The notes: generated from the letters alone by a model not told the origin. Numbered from the stretch's first letter, positions 12,350-23,428 are shown. The stretch is 25,461 nucleotides of DNA from Vicugna vicugna (GCA_013265495.1 MU058718.1:3920081-3945541), one strand, 5' to 3'. A program made the numbers and translations.

Positions 12350-13554
12350 TAGGGGCAGTGTTTGACCTAGATTGTTATGTAGGGACCACTTTCAATATGA
12401 CCCCCCAAGAGGGACTAACACGCCACCTAAAACAATGCAAATGGCAAGAATGTCGCTTGTTATATCTCTGTCACATTCCCTTAGCACTTTCTTTTCTAAT
12501 CAGTAAAGCTGGAATTTTAAAAACACTAGATGTAGGTGTAATTGCTTTACATTCATTTTACTGTGGCCCTTCATCTAAACAGCTTCTTAGGAAGACTTAA
12601 TAAGGGAAGACTCGTGATATTTATAGGCAACTAATGTCTAAAAAAAAATCTCTGCAGATTTCTTTCTTTTTTTTTTTTATTTCAGCATAAGTGTCTATAC
12701 CTCCATACCACTAAATTTTAGCAGAGCAAGTTAGAACAGACATTTTCAGCATCTGGTAAAGCAACAGTAAATTAATAGTCTAGACGTATATGTTACAGTA
12801 AATGAAATATCAGCTAATCCATTCTGATTAGCCAAAATACAGTTACTCAGTCTACTTTTTCACTGTAGTTCCACAAATCGAATGATAAGCTTAAACTGCT
12901 CTCAGCCTCTGAAAATACCCATGGATTCTAATTTCTAGCCTGTGGCTGGCAATCCTTTAAGAAAGCCTTCCAACAGTCAGCTTAATTCAGCATATTTGTA
13001 TCAATCCCCTCTATGAGTCGGGCAACGAACTACAGACTTGGAGAGACACAAACCTGAGTAAAACAGAGTCGGCGCTTGATGAGCATAGAGTCTAATTTGA
13101 GATGAACACAGGGAAAATAGCTCTAAGCCCGGGCAGGCTAGTGATGTAGTGGAGATCGTTTCCAGCTGGGAGATCTGGTAAGACGCATTGTACAATCTGG
13201 CATTAGACCTGGGTCTTAGCGTTGGTTTCGCTTTTCTTTCTGAGACAAACTGAAGAAAGCTTTGCCAATGTTATCTCAAGCATCAAGCATGCTATGGTTC
13301 CCATTATATTAAAAGCTATATCTTGCCTTCTCAACTTGAAACAGTGTGTGTGTGTTAGATTAACACACATGTACTCTTTTTTATCAGACTGTCTCTGCTT
13401 GATTTTAAGATAATGATAGGAACGAGACCACAGAAAACTTGAAGAAATTGCTTTTACTTGTTGATCTTTCCATACATAACTCTCCAAAAGCAAATAACTT
13501 AATGCCACACTTTGTGGTACTTGCTTCTGTTGAGACTTGCCAAACTATATTCTA

Positions 13555-13662
13555 ATTATTTATATTTCTGTCTTCCCCTCTGGAATTAATGCCTGGGAAT
13601 AAAAACTGTGTTAATTTGACTTTGTATCTACAGTATGCTACAGGAAATAGTTACTCAGTAAC
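13555..13662 (+). mobile_element. Degraded L2 3' end followed by (TTTCTA)n
   Basis: 'ctgtcttcccctctgga...ctttgtatctacag...ctcagtaa'. Short TTTCTA repeats at 13663-13696. Confidence 0.45.
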
Positions 13663-13969
13663 TTTCTATTTCTATTTCTATTATTTCTATTTCTATCTAC
13701 TTCCCAAGAGAGAATTTCAATGTAAGTAACCCACAAAATCTTAACTTTTCTTCCACTTACTGTGTAATGTTTTTACTGAGTTCCAGCTTAAAGCACCCCT
13801 CCCTCCATCACTTTGGTGTCCTTTTCTTTCCCAGGAGCCCTTAAACACTTCTTCAAGGGACCAGGGCATTCCTGCCTTCTCCCTTCTGCTTCACACAAAA
13901 ACCTGCTCTCAAGAGCCTCCTTTTATGGCTGCATGGCACTACGGAGCTAAATGGTGAGTCGGTACCTCT

Positions 13970-14103
13970 CCCTCCTCATAGCAAAGGAGAGAGGCCAAGA
14001 CAGGATGATCAGTTGCTCGGGATCATACAGTTAGTTACAAGGAGATGAGATTTGAACTCAGACCTTTTAATGTCCAAAGGAGTGCTCTTTCTAACACATA
14101 ATG
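13970..14103 (-). mobile_element. MIR SINE
   Basis: 'gatcatacagttagt...gagatttgaactcagac...tgctctttc'. Confidence 0.65.
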
Positions 14104-14359
14104 TAGCCTTGCATTAATGTCATTTATAGCCTAAAATAGCACTCCTTTTTCAGAATTTGCCTTCTTTCAAGATCAGAACGTAAGCTAAAACAGTAACTTG
14201 GAACTTTATGTTCAATAGGATATTAGAGGAAGGTTATAGAGCTCTTTTGAGGTTCCTAAAATTGTATTATAGAGCTGCCTACATAGCAGCCTTATGTCAC
14301 ACAGGAAGTAATGACTCACAGCTCACGTCTTACTGAGAGAAACAAGTGTAACATCCTTG

Positions 14360-14458
14360 GCCCCTGTGCTGCGCCAGACAGTGTTACACATTTTACACAT
14401 GGGCTTTCATTTCATCCTTAAAGCAAGTCAATGAGGGAGCTATTATTATCCCTATTTA
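14360..14458 (-). mobile_element. MIR fragment
   Basis: 'gccagacagtgtt...tcatttcatcctt...tattattatccctattta'. Confidence 0.6.
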
Positions 14459-14560
14459 TATGTATAAACATATATTTATATTATAAAGTTTTACATAATA
14501 TAATAAGTCATATATAGTTAGAAATAGGGTGGAAAAGTACAGTAGATATTTCTCACGCTT

Positions 14561-15033
14561 TGTGGCTGTCTTTGAAAACCCTTACTGCATCAGATCAATT
14601 TCCCACCCACTGTATGAGTCTAGACTCTCCGAGGCAGAATCCCAGACTCCCTTTCCCAACACCTTAGCAGCTAGAGTGCGGGCTCTCTCAACCAGACTTA
14701 CTCATACAAGTCTCATTTGAAAAGAGAGCAGCATGAGGAAGCAAGTGCTGTCTTGATTCCATTTTTCTGGCTTGGATGATGGAGAGAAGTGTGGTCTTCA
14801 GTGGCAGGAAAGATGGAGAGTCTTGTATGTAGTGTCCAGTGATCTGTAGCGCCAGGCGCAGCAGCACTGAGGTCTGGCGGAGGCAATTCTGCATGGTGAT
14901 TTTGGCATTAGTTCTGGCTGTGTAGCTTCACAAGAGACTCTGACTCTTTCGGAGATTCCACAAACTATTTAATATCCCTTAACAAATCCTTCAACTAGCA
15001 GAAGTGGGTTCTGTGGTTGGCAAGTAAGATCCC
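14561..15033 (+). mobile_element. ERVL solo LTR (LTR33-like)
   Basis: 'ccttagcagctagagtgcgg' and 'gagcagcatgaggaagca...ttccatttttctggc', ending 'gtgggttctgtggttggcaagtaaga'. Confidence 0.6.
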
Positions 15034-15091
15034 AGTCCACCAATCAAAACCACAGTGAGATTCACCTCACAACCGTTAGGATGACTACAAT

Positions 15092-15346
15092 GAAAGAGAG
15101 AGAGACACAGACAGGCAGAGAAGAGAAAAGAGGAGGGGAAGGGAAGGAAGGAGAAAAAGGAAAGAGAGGTGGGAGGGAGGGAAGAAGGAAAGAAAGATGG
15201 AAGGAAGAAGGAGAAAGGAAGGAAGGAAAAGAAAGAAAGGAAGGAAGAAAGAGAAAGAAAGAAAGAGAAAGGAAGGAAAGAGAGAGAGGGAGGAAGGGAA
15301 GGAAGGAAAGGGAAGGAAGGAAGGAAAAAAGAAAAGAAAAGAAAGG
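15092..15346 (+). repeat. GA-rich low-complexity compound microsatellite (GAAG/GAAA/GGAA)
   Basis: 15117-15346 has only two pyrimidines, and 15199-15346 is uninterrupted purine. Confidence 0.95.
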
Positions 15347-15672
15347 TGTATTGGCAAGGATGTGGGAAAATGGGAACCCTGTGCAGTTGGTGGGAACGTA
15401 AAATGGTGTAGTTGCGATGGAAAACAGTATAGTGGTTCGTCAAAAAATTAAAAATGTAATTACCATATGATCCAGCAGTCCCACTTCTGAGTATATGCCC
15501 CAAAAATTGAAAGCAGGGTTTTGAAGAGATATGTGTACACCCATATTCTTAGCAGCATTACTCACAATAACTAAAATGTGAACGTTACATGAAGTAGTCA
15601 AAATCACAGAGACAGAAAGTAGAACAGTAGTTGCCAGAGGCTAGGGGTGAGGGGAGTGGGAAATTATTCTTT

Positions 15673-15835
15673 TTGTTTTGTTTTGTTTTGTTTTATTTTG
15701 TTTGCTTTGCTTTGGTGGGGGGAGGCAGTTAATAACGTTTATTTATTTACTTATTTTTAGAGGAGTAGCAGGGACTGAACCCAGGACTGCATGCATGCTA
15801 AGTGTGCACTCTGCCACTGAGCTATTCCTCCCCCT
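15673..15835 (-). mobile_element. Camelid tRNA-derived SINE (Vic-1 type), full length
   Basis: Reverse strand reads 'ggggaggaatagctcagtggcagagtg...gtcctgggttcagtccc' (A and B boxes) with a (CAAAA)n tail. TSD GGAAATTAT(T/C)CTTT at 15659-15672 and 15836-15849. Confidence 0.88.
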
Positions 15836-16054
15836 GGAAATTATCCTTTAATGGGTACGGAGTTTTTGTTTCACCAGATGAAAAGAGTTCAGAGACAGAT
15901 GGTGGTGATGGTTGTACAACAGTGTGAAAGCACTTAGTGCCACCGAGCTGTCCACTTAAAACTGGTTAAGATGGTACATTTTACGTCATGTACATTTTAC
16001 TATAATTTTTTTTAAATAAAGGTTGATAGTTTGTTGGGGTTTTTTTTTTTTTAA

Positions 16055-16475
16055 TGTTGTATGAATGTGGCACAAATGGATCTCTCACATTTTGCTGATG
16101 GGAATGCTAAATGGTACAGCCATTTTGAAAAACCATCTGGCATTACCTCAGAAAGTTAAACATAATTACCACACAATCAAGCCATCCCAATTCTAGGTAT
16201 TTACCCAGGAGAAATGAATACATATGCCCACAGAAAATTTATTCACAACCAGGGGTCAGGGATGGGGAAAAGGGCAACATGAGGGATACTTGTGGTGACA
16301 GAACTGTTCTGTAGCTTGAAAAATCAAGCTACAATGTGGATATGCAGTTGTGATACTATACTATAGTTTTGCAAGATGTTATCATTGGAGGAACCTGGAG
16401 GGAAAGTTTATGAGATCTCTATGTGCCATTTCTTACAATTCCATATGAATCTACAATTATCTCAAATTAGAAAGA
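16055..16475 (+). mobile_element. L1MD/L1MC-like 3' fragments
   Basis: 'ttctaggtatttacccaggagaaatga' and 'atagttttgcaagatgttatcattggagg...tgaatctacaattatctcaaa'. Confidence 0.75.
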
Positions 16476-16482
16476 TTCGTTT

Positions 16483-16620
16483 AATTTTTTTTATTTTTTA
16501 ATTTTTTTTTTAATTTGGGGGGGAGGTAATTAGATTTATTTATTTTAATGGAGGTACTGGGAATTGAACCCAGGACCTTGTGCATGCTAGGCATGCACTC
16601 TACCACCGAGTTACACTCTA
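16483..16620 (-). mobile_element. Camelid tRNA-derived SINE (Vic-1 type)
   Basis: 'ggaggtactgggaattgaacccaggaccttgtgcatgctaggcatgcactctaccac' with a T-rich tail. TSD AGAAAG(A/G)TTC(G/A)TTT at 16469-16482 and 16621-16634. Confidence 0.88.
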
Positions 16621-16802
16621 AGAAAGGTTCATTTGAAAAAAAAAAAAAACCTTCAAAAAATCCCAGACCAAGACAGGAAGTAATTTTCCTGATTTCACAC
16701 AACCAAAAAGGGTAGAGGCTAGAGAAGAGCCCAGGTCTGGTTTGTCCTCCATCACACACTGTCTCCTTTCTTAGAGATCGTCCCATGGGCTGCATGATGT
16801 GG

Positions 16803-16878
16803 TGGAGTAGCATGGATTGAACCCAAGACCTCATGCATGCTAGGCATGCACTCTACCACTGAGCTATACCCTCCCCCT
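16803..16878 (-). mobile_element. Camelid SINE head only (tRNA-like part, no tail)
   Basis: Reverse strand reads 'ggggagggtatagctcagtggtagagtgcatgcctagcatgcatgaggtcttgggttcaatcc'. Confidence 0.85.
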
Positions 16879-17119
16879 GGAAGGTATAGCTGCCAGTGGG
16901 AAGTGCTGGTTTCCTCAATAGAAACCCCTGGGAGTGTTGCTTAGTTCTTTGAGTGGTGAGAAAGATGTTTTCCCTAACTGGTAGGTGTCAAGTGAATCTA
17001 TAAATTTACATGTTATCAGTAAAGTATGGAATACGTTTTAGTGTAAATGAAATTCCCACCTGAACAGAAAATAGTATACCAAGATGACTAGTATCATAAC
17101 GTAACAATCAAAGCTAACA

Positions 17120-17295
17120 CAGTTACAGCACTCATTTAACCCTCACAACAGCTAGAAGAGGTCGCTCACTTCTGTGTTGTAGATAACACAATGAAGCCGA
17201 AGGAGGCTGCAGAACTAGCCTGAATCCTCACAGATGTTTCACAGAAAAGCTGGATTTGATCTCAGGCTGTCTGTCTCTGGAATCATGCTCTTACT
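17120..17295 (-). mobile_element. MIR SINE
   Basis: 'ctcatttaaccctcacaaca...gctggatttgatctcagg...catgctctta'. Confidence 0.7.
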
Positions 17296-17595
17296 GGGAA
17301 CATCAGGTCAGATGATATTGTAGAAAAATAAATATGTTGCTGCTTAAAGTGAAGAATCTCTTATTACTTAGAGGGAACATGATTTAAATTGTTTAATTTT
17401 TCACAAGGACTTACATGTGGATTCCTTTTAGATGCCTCATTTGAGATGTTATTACATCTCACTACTAACTTACTCTCCTCTCCTCCCCGCTTCCTGCACC
17501 TTGTCAAACACATGAATGTTTGTTTTAAAACTGGGTTCCCTTAAGGTAAATTTTTATTTCTTTAACCACATAATTAGAGCTATCTAATTGCAGGT

Positions 17596-17780
17596 ACAGT
17601 ATAGTACAACAGGTAGAAAGAATACAACTCAGAATTGAGACCTGTTTTTTGCCTAGAACCAATTCATTGTTTGACTCTGAGAAAAGAATTTAGATTTTCT
17701 GTATCTGTTTCCTCAAATGCCAGATGTGCCCTCTCTCCTTCACAGAGCCTGGTGAAGTATTTTGAAAAGCAGAAGTACAA
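17596..17780 (+). mobile_element. Degraded MIR
   Basis: 'tacagtatagt...gaaaga' and 'tctgtttcctcaaatg'. Confidence 0.45.
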
Positions 17781-18761
17781 TGTTCAAGCCCTCCTAGGTC
17801 TCCTGTCTAGTTTCTTCCATGGAGGAAACTCACTGGGTGAGGAGGCAGGAGAGCAGGCTCTGCACACTGACACTGTGTTTGATCTGAGGAAAGTCTCTTC
17901 TTAGTCTCCAGAGCCCAGCATGCTGTCTGACCCCTGTCAGCATTCAGGAAAAGCCTGCTGTCCAAACAGCTATTTCTGTGTCACAGCTGTAAGCCAAAGT
18001 TCAGAAAGTAATGAATGTTCTTTCTTATTTATTCTCATACTTTTTTTTAGAAATTTACCTTTTCCCTAGATTATAATGATTCAAAAATTATAAAAGCACA
18101 GAAATGTACATAGATCACCTATGATTAGCTGTGGTTAGCAGTAATCTGTCCAAAGGGGCAAAGAGACATACACCTGGAGACTTATTTCCTGAAGAAGGAT
18201 CACCGTACACACTGACTCACCCACTGGTGTTCCAGTGCTGCCCACGCAGACCCTCCAAGGTTTCATGTTAATATTGCTGAGCTCTCCCGGGGTCTGAGTT
18301 CATTGGCAAAAGTGTTGGGGTGGTTGTTTTAAAATCTGAGAATGCAAAAAGTATTGCATCTGTTAAAGGAAGACTCAAATAAAGAAAGCTGTTAGAATTA
18401 GAAAGAGGTGCTTTAAAAGAGTGGCTTACCATATATAAAATGCAAGGAGTATAAAGAAAGGGAAAAATATACACAAAATAACTAAAGGTGTGTTAGTTAG
18501 AGATGAGAACACTGTACTCCGTTGTTGACTGGGCCCACATATACAGTCAAGGATGATAGGCACTTGTTTTATTTAAATTGATTTTCCAATATTTACATTG
18601 ATTTACCTTTACTATCTCCAGATAAAGGGGAAAGTTATTTGCATGCCTGGTTTCATAACATTTGGGCAGTGACTGGTCAGGCGGAACCTGGCTGACACCT
18701 GGTTTCTCTTTAGGTTGTTCACAAGGTATTTTTAGTTGTCATAACTCCATTCACCACCCCC

Positions 18762-18992
18762 CAGAGCATGGGCTTTGGAAACAGGTGGAATCAGGCTTGA
18801 AACATGCTGTCAGCCCCACACAGCTGGGTGGCCCTGTCTGTGTGGACCAACCTCTCAGAGGCTCTTCTTTAATAAAATGGGGCAATTAATAATTCCAACC
18901 AGTTAACCAGATAAGACTGTTATAAAGATTAGAGATAATGTGGGTATTGGGCCTGAAACATAAGTACCCTCAAAATGGTAGTTATTAACTAT
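18762..18992 (+). mobile_element. MIR SINE
   Basis: 'agagcatgggctttgga...taaaatgggg...aagattagagataatg...cataagtaccctcaaaatggtagttatt'. Confidence 0.7.
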
Positions 18993-19301
18993 TTTCTATA
19001 TGTGCCCCAGAAATAATTTCTAAATCCACTTAAAGCAGAGACAGTAAATTCAAGTACTTCCTCAAGTGACTGTATAGGGTCATTTTAAGATCACAGTGAC
19101 TAAGCTCCCTTTTCCTTCCAGGGAACATAATTGTGGGGGGAAAGAAGCATTGCCCTAGATTCAGGACTCAGATGAGGCCTCAGTATTCTGCCCAACTTCA
19201 CGGAGGTTTGCTGTTTAGAGTGTGGGAGCTGCATACAGAAGCTGCTGAGCCACTGTGAGAAGGAAGCTAGGGAAACTGGGCAGCTCCATGTAGAAGAATG
19301 A

Positions 19302-19934
19302 AATTAAACTTAAAAGCTTTTGCATAGCAAAGGAAACTATAAACAAAACAAAAAGACAACCTACAGAATGGGAGAAAATATTTGCCAATGATGCGAGTGC
19401 CAAGGTTTAATTTCCATAATGTACAAACAGTTCATCAGCTCAATATCAAAAAAAAAAAAAAGTCAAACAACCTAATCAAAAATGGGTAGAAGACCTAAAT
19501 AGATATTTCTCCTAAGAAGACATACAGATGGCGAACAGGCACATGAAAAGATGCTCAACATCACTAATTATTAGATAAATGCAAATCAAAACCATGATGA
19601 GGTTATCACCTTACACTGGTCAGAATGGCCATCATCAAAAAGTCTACAAATAAAAAATGCTGAAGAAAGTGTGGAGAAAAGGGAACCCTCCTACACTGTT
19701 GGTGGGAATATAAATTGGTGCAGCCACTATGGAGAAAAGTATGGAGGTTCCTTAAAAAATAAAAAATAGAGTTACTGTATGATCCAGCAATCCCACTCCT
19801 GGGCATATATCCAGAGAAAACTCCAACTGGAAAAGACACATACACCCAGTGTTCATAGCAGCAATATTTGCAATAGCCAAGACATAGAAGCAACCTAAAT
19901 GTCCATCAACAGATGACTGGATAAAGAAGGTGTG

Positions 19935-19980
<46 letters not shown>

Positions 19981-20438
19981 GAATATTACTCAGCCATAAA
20001 AAATGAAATAATGCCATTTGCAGCAACATATATGGTTCTAGAGATTATCATATTGAGTGAAGTAAGTCAGACAAATATATGATATCACTTATATGTCAAA
20101 TCTAAAAAATGATACAAATGAACTTATAAAACATAAATAGCCTCACAGACATAGAAAACAAACTTACAGTTACTAAAGGGGAAAGCAGGGGAGGGATAAA
20201 TTTGGAATTTGGGATTAACAAATATACTACTAAATATAAAACAGGTAAACCTCAAGCATAGGGAACTATATTCAATAACTTATAATAACCTATAATGGAA
20301 GAGAATCTAAAAAAGAATACATACTTATATATTTATATATGTATGTATGTATAACTGAATCACTTTACTATACACATGAAACATTGTAAATCAACTATAT
20401 ACTTCACTGAAAAAAATAAAAACTAAAAAAAAAAAAAA
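19302..20438 (+). mobile_element. Relatively young 5'-truncated L1 (artiodactyl/camelid lineage): ORF2 C-terminus, 3' UTR and poly(A)
   Basis: Encodes [29 protein letters not shown]. Well-preserved 'tatgatccagcaatcccactcctgggcatatatccagag', 3' UTR 'gtataactgaatcacttt' and an A-tail. Confidence 0.9.
19937..19978 (+). repeat. (AC)21 microsatellite inside the L1
   Basis: Perfect dinucleotide run. Confidence 0.95.
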
Positions 20439-20544
20439 GAAGGGTACTACATTGTGCACTATAAGTACTTTGGCTCAACTCCCCATGTCTTATAAATTAC
20501 CTCAAAAATCCTGACAACCACCCCTATTGTGCTAGGAAGTATTA

Positions 20545-20790
20545 GCAAAATGGTTAGGAGCAAAGGTTCTGGAGTCAGACTGCCCCATGCCGATTTCCGC
20601 TTCATGACTCACTAGCTTTGTGTCCTTAGACACAGGACTTATCCGTTGTAAAACTCACTTTCCTCATCTGAGACCCGGGATAGTACTGATGCCTTTCTCC
20701 TAGGGTTGTTGTGAGGCTCGCATGTAAAACATTCTTAGCGTAATGCTTGCCACAAGTAAGCACTATTTAAATAAATACTGTTGTTGTTGC
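20545..20790 (+). mobile_element. Near full-length MIR
   Basis: 'atggttaggagc...tctggagtcagactgcc...tttcctcatctg...tagggttgttgtgagg...gtaagcact'. Confidence 0.85.
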
Positions 20791-21559
20791 TGTTGTTCAG
20801 GCAATAGTAATTATCTTGCACGAGATCAAACACTAATAAGAAGGTAGAAATCCTCGTCTTCTGACTCCAAATCCCAGGCTCTTTCTCCTACCATGTGTTA
20901 CTCTGCTGAATGTTTATTGCTTCCTTAAATGATTAAAACACCGCAGTACTGTTTGTGCTATGCAGGAGCACTGATGTATTCACTCTAATTATGCAGAGCT
21001 GCAAATCAACGGTCACTGCAAATGGAAAATAATAATGTTGTTTCACTGTCCTCTGCACTTGCCTGAGAAAAACAGCCCATGTATCGGACCATTTTTCAGC
21101 CTCCCAGGAACTATACTTCCCAGAAGTTGTAATTCTTTAATATCAAAACCAATTTCAGCCCTGCCAGGTGAAAGGACTGCCTGTGATTTGACAGTGTATC
21201 TTCCATAGTATCTTCTCTGTTTGGGGCCAAATGGTGACATCAACTGTTTGTCTTTCTTTCAAAGTTGTTCTCTCATAGTTTGCTCCAGCTTCCTCCAAAC
21301 AAAACAACTGGTGCAGCTGCAAGTTTGGCCAGCTTTCTGGTTCACTGCTTCGTTAGGCATAAATAACTGGTACACTTGCTCCCTGCTTCACCACTGGGCT
21401 TGGCACAGTTTCAGGCTCCTTGGGTACTGAACCTTGTGGAGTCCATAAAATTAATTTTCCAGACTAACTTTAGCCTGGAATGAACTTCAGACAAGGTAGT
21501 TCTGGAGAAATTCACATTGACTTTCCCACCTCATTTAAAAATAATTTTTTAAATTGTCA

Positions 21560-22859
21560 AATAGAAACATTCACCAGCATAGACCATATTCTGGGCTATA
21601 AAACAAACCTCAACACATTTGAAAAAATTTAAATAACACAAAGGGGTTTCTCTGAAAGAAATAGAATTAAACTAGAAATCAATAACACAAAGATATCTGG
21701 AAAAATCCATTAAAAATAGCTGGAAATTAAATGACACAGTTCAAAATAACCCAGCGGTCAAATAGAAAGTCACAAGGGAAATTATAAACTATTTTGAGCT
21801 GAATGAAAATGAAAATGACACATATCAAGATGTCTGGGATGCATTTAAAGTGGTGCTTAGAGGAAATTTTATGGCATTAAAGACATATTAGAAAAGAAAA
21901 AGATCTAAAATTAATAGTCTAAGCTTCCAACTGAAAAAAAAACAGAAAAGCAGCTTAAAGCAAAGCAAAAAGAAGGAAGAAAATAATAAAGAGATGAAAT
22001 CAATGTAATTGAAAAACCATAGAGGAACTCAGTTAAATCAAAAGCTATTTCTTTTTAAAAATCAATAAAATTGATAAGCCTTAGTCACATTGATCAGGAA
22101 AAAGAAGAGAACCCCGAATTACTAATATCAAAAATGACAAGAGAGAACACTATATATCCTGTAGATATTAAAAGAATAATAATGTAATATTATTATATAT
22201 GAGAAACTTTATGACCATAAATTCAAATATCTAGATGAAATAGACAAATTCCTTGAAAGACACAAGCTACCAAAGCTCACTCAAGAAGAAATATATATCC
22301 TACGTTTTATTAAAGAAGTGGAATTTGAAATTAAAATTAAAAACATTTCAACAATGAAAATTCTGGCAAATTCTACCAAACATTTAAAGAATGAATAATA
22401 CCAATTTAATATAAACTTCTCCAGAAAATAAAGAAGGAAACACTTGCCAGTTGATTTTATGAGATCAGCCTTGATACCAAAACCAGACAATTACCTTGAT
22501 ACCAAAACCAGACAGAGACATGAAAATAAAATCGTAGATCAATATTTCTCAGGAACAATGTAAAAATCCTCAGTAAAATATTACTAATCAACTCCAGCAA
22601 TCTATCAAAATGATAGAAGACCATAACCAAGTTAATTTTATCCCAGAAATGTAAGGTTGGTTCAACATTTTAAAATCAATCAGTATAATTCCCTGTATCA
22701 ACAGACTAAACAAGAAAAGTTGTATTACCTTTTCAATAGATGCAGAAAAGTATTTCAAAAAATTTGCCACTCACTTATTATTCAAAACAAAACAAAGCAA
22801 AAACAACCTTTCAGCAAATTGCAATTAAAGAGAACTTTCTCAAACTAATAAAAGGCTTT
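21560..22859 (+). mobile_element. Old L1 ORF2 (endonuclease end through pre-RT region), decayed
   Basis: 'acattcaccagcatagaccatattctggg', 'aattaaactagaaatcaataac', 'gatgaaatagacaaattccttgaaa' and 'tcaatagatgcagaaaa'. Confidence 0.88.
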
Positions 22860-23428
22860 TGTGATAGTTCTGTATTGCTGTGTAACAAATAACCCCAAAA
22901 CATAAATATCAAATGATTATTATTTCACAATTTTTGGAGGCTAGGAATCTAGGTATGACTTAGGTGCCTCTGAATCCAATCTTTCACAAAATTGAACTTA
23001 CATTGTCAGCTGGAGCTACAATCTCATCTGAACACTCGTTGGAGTGGGGGTAGTAGGGAGATCCCCTTTGAATCTCACTCACAAGTTTGTTGGAAGGATT
23101 TAATTCCTCACCGAATAGTGGACTGAGTGCCTAAGTTCTTCTTGTCTGTCAGCCTCTTCAATTCCTTGCCATAGGGCAGCTTATATCATGGCATCTGGAT
23201 TCCGTCAAAGGAAGTGAGTGAGAGAGTACAAGAGAATCCTCAAGGCAGAAATCACAGTCCCTTTTGTAACTTAATCTCAGAAGTGATATTCCATTACTTT
23301 AAACATATTTTATTCCTTAGAATGAAGTCATTAGATCAAGCCTACACTGAATGGAAGGAGAGTATACAAGACGATGACTACCATGAGGCAGGGGTCATTA
23401 GGGGCCATCTTAGAGGCTGCCTATCGCA
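22860..23428 (-). mobile_element. MaLR solo LTR (MLT1F-like) inserted in the L1
   Basis: Starts 'tgtgatagttctgtattgctgtgtaacaaataaccccaaaac' and ends 'ggggccatcttagaggctgcctatcgca'. L1 sequence resumes colinearly on both sides. Confidence 0.85.

Larger units (their letters stand above)
15042..16020 (+). mobile_element. L1MB-like 3' fragment with an internal purine expansion, an internal deletion and a SINE insertion
   Basis: 'aatcaaaaccacagtgaga' and 'taccatatgatccagcagtcccacttctg', ending 'ggttaagatggtacattttacgtcatgtacattttac'. Confidence 0.8.

Noticed and set aside
12661..13330. Possible minus-strand processed pseudogene (poly-T at about 12667-12679) or C/D snoRNA (TGATGA at 13077)
   Set aside because: No identifiable parent ORF or TSD, and no suitably placed D box or terminal stem.
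13349..13369. 9-bp inverted repeat TGTGTGTTA-gat-TAACACACA
   Set aside because: Short and low complexity, so compatible with chance.
14991..15503. Several 80-170 aa ORFs rich in F/S/L/P or K/E/R/G
   Set aside because: Artefacts of the stop-free purine microsatellite.
16803..16878. tRNA-Ala-like sequence
   Set aside because: It matches the neighbouring SINE heads and lacks a complete acceptor stem, so it is a SINE rather than a tRNA gene.
21155..21463. Minus-strand frame of about 100 codons with a single internal stop, a possible pseudogene
   Set aside because: No ATG, no similarity to any protein I recognise, and no poly(A) or TSD. A tblastx search would settle it.
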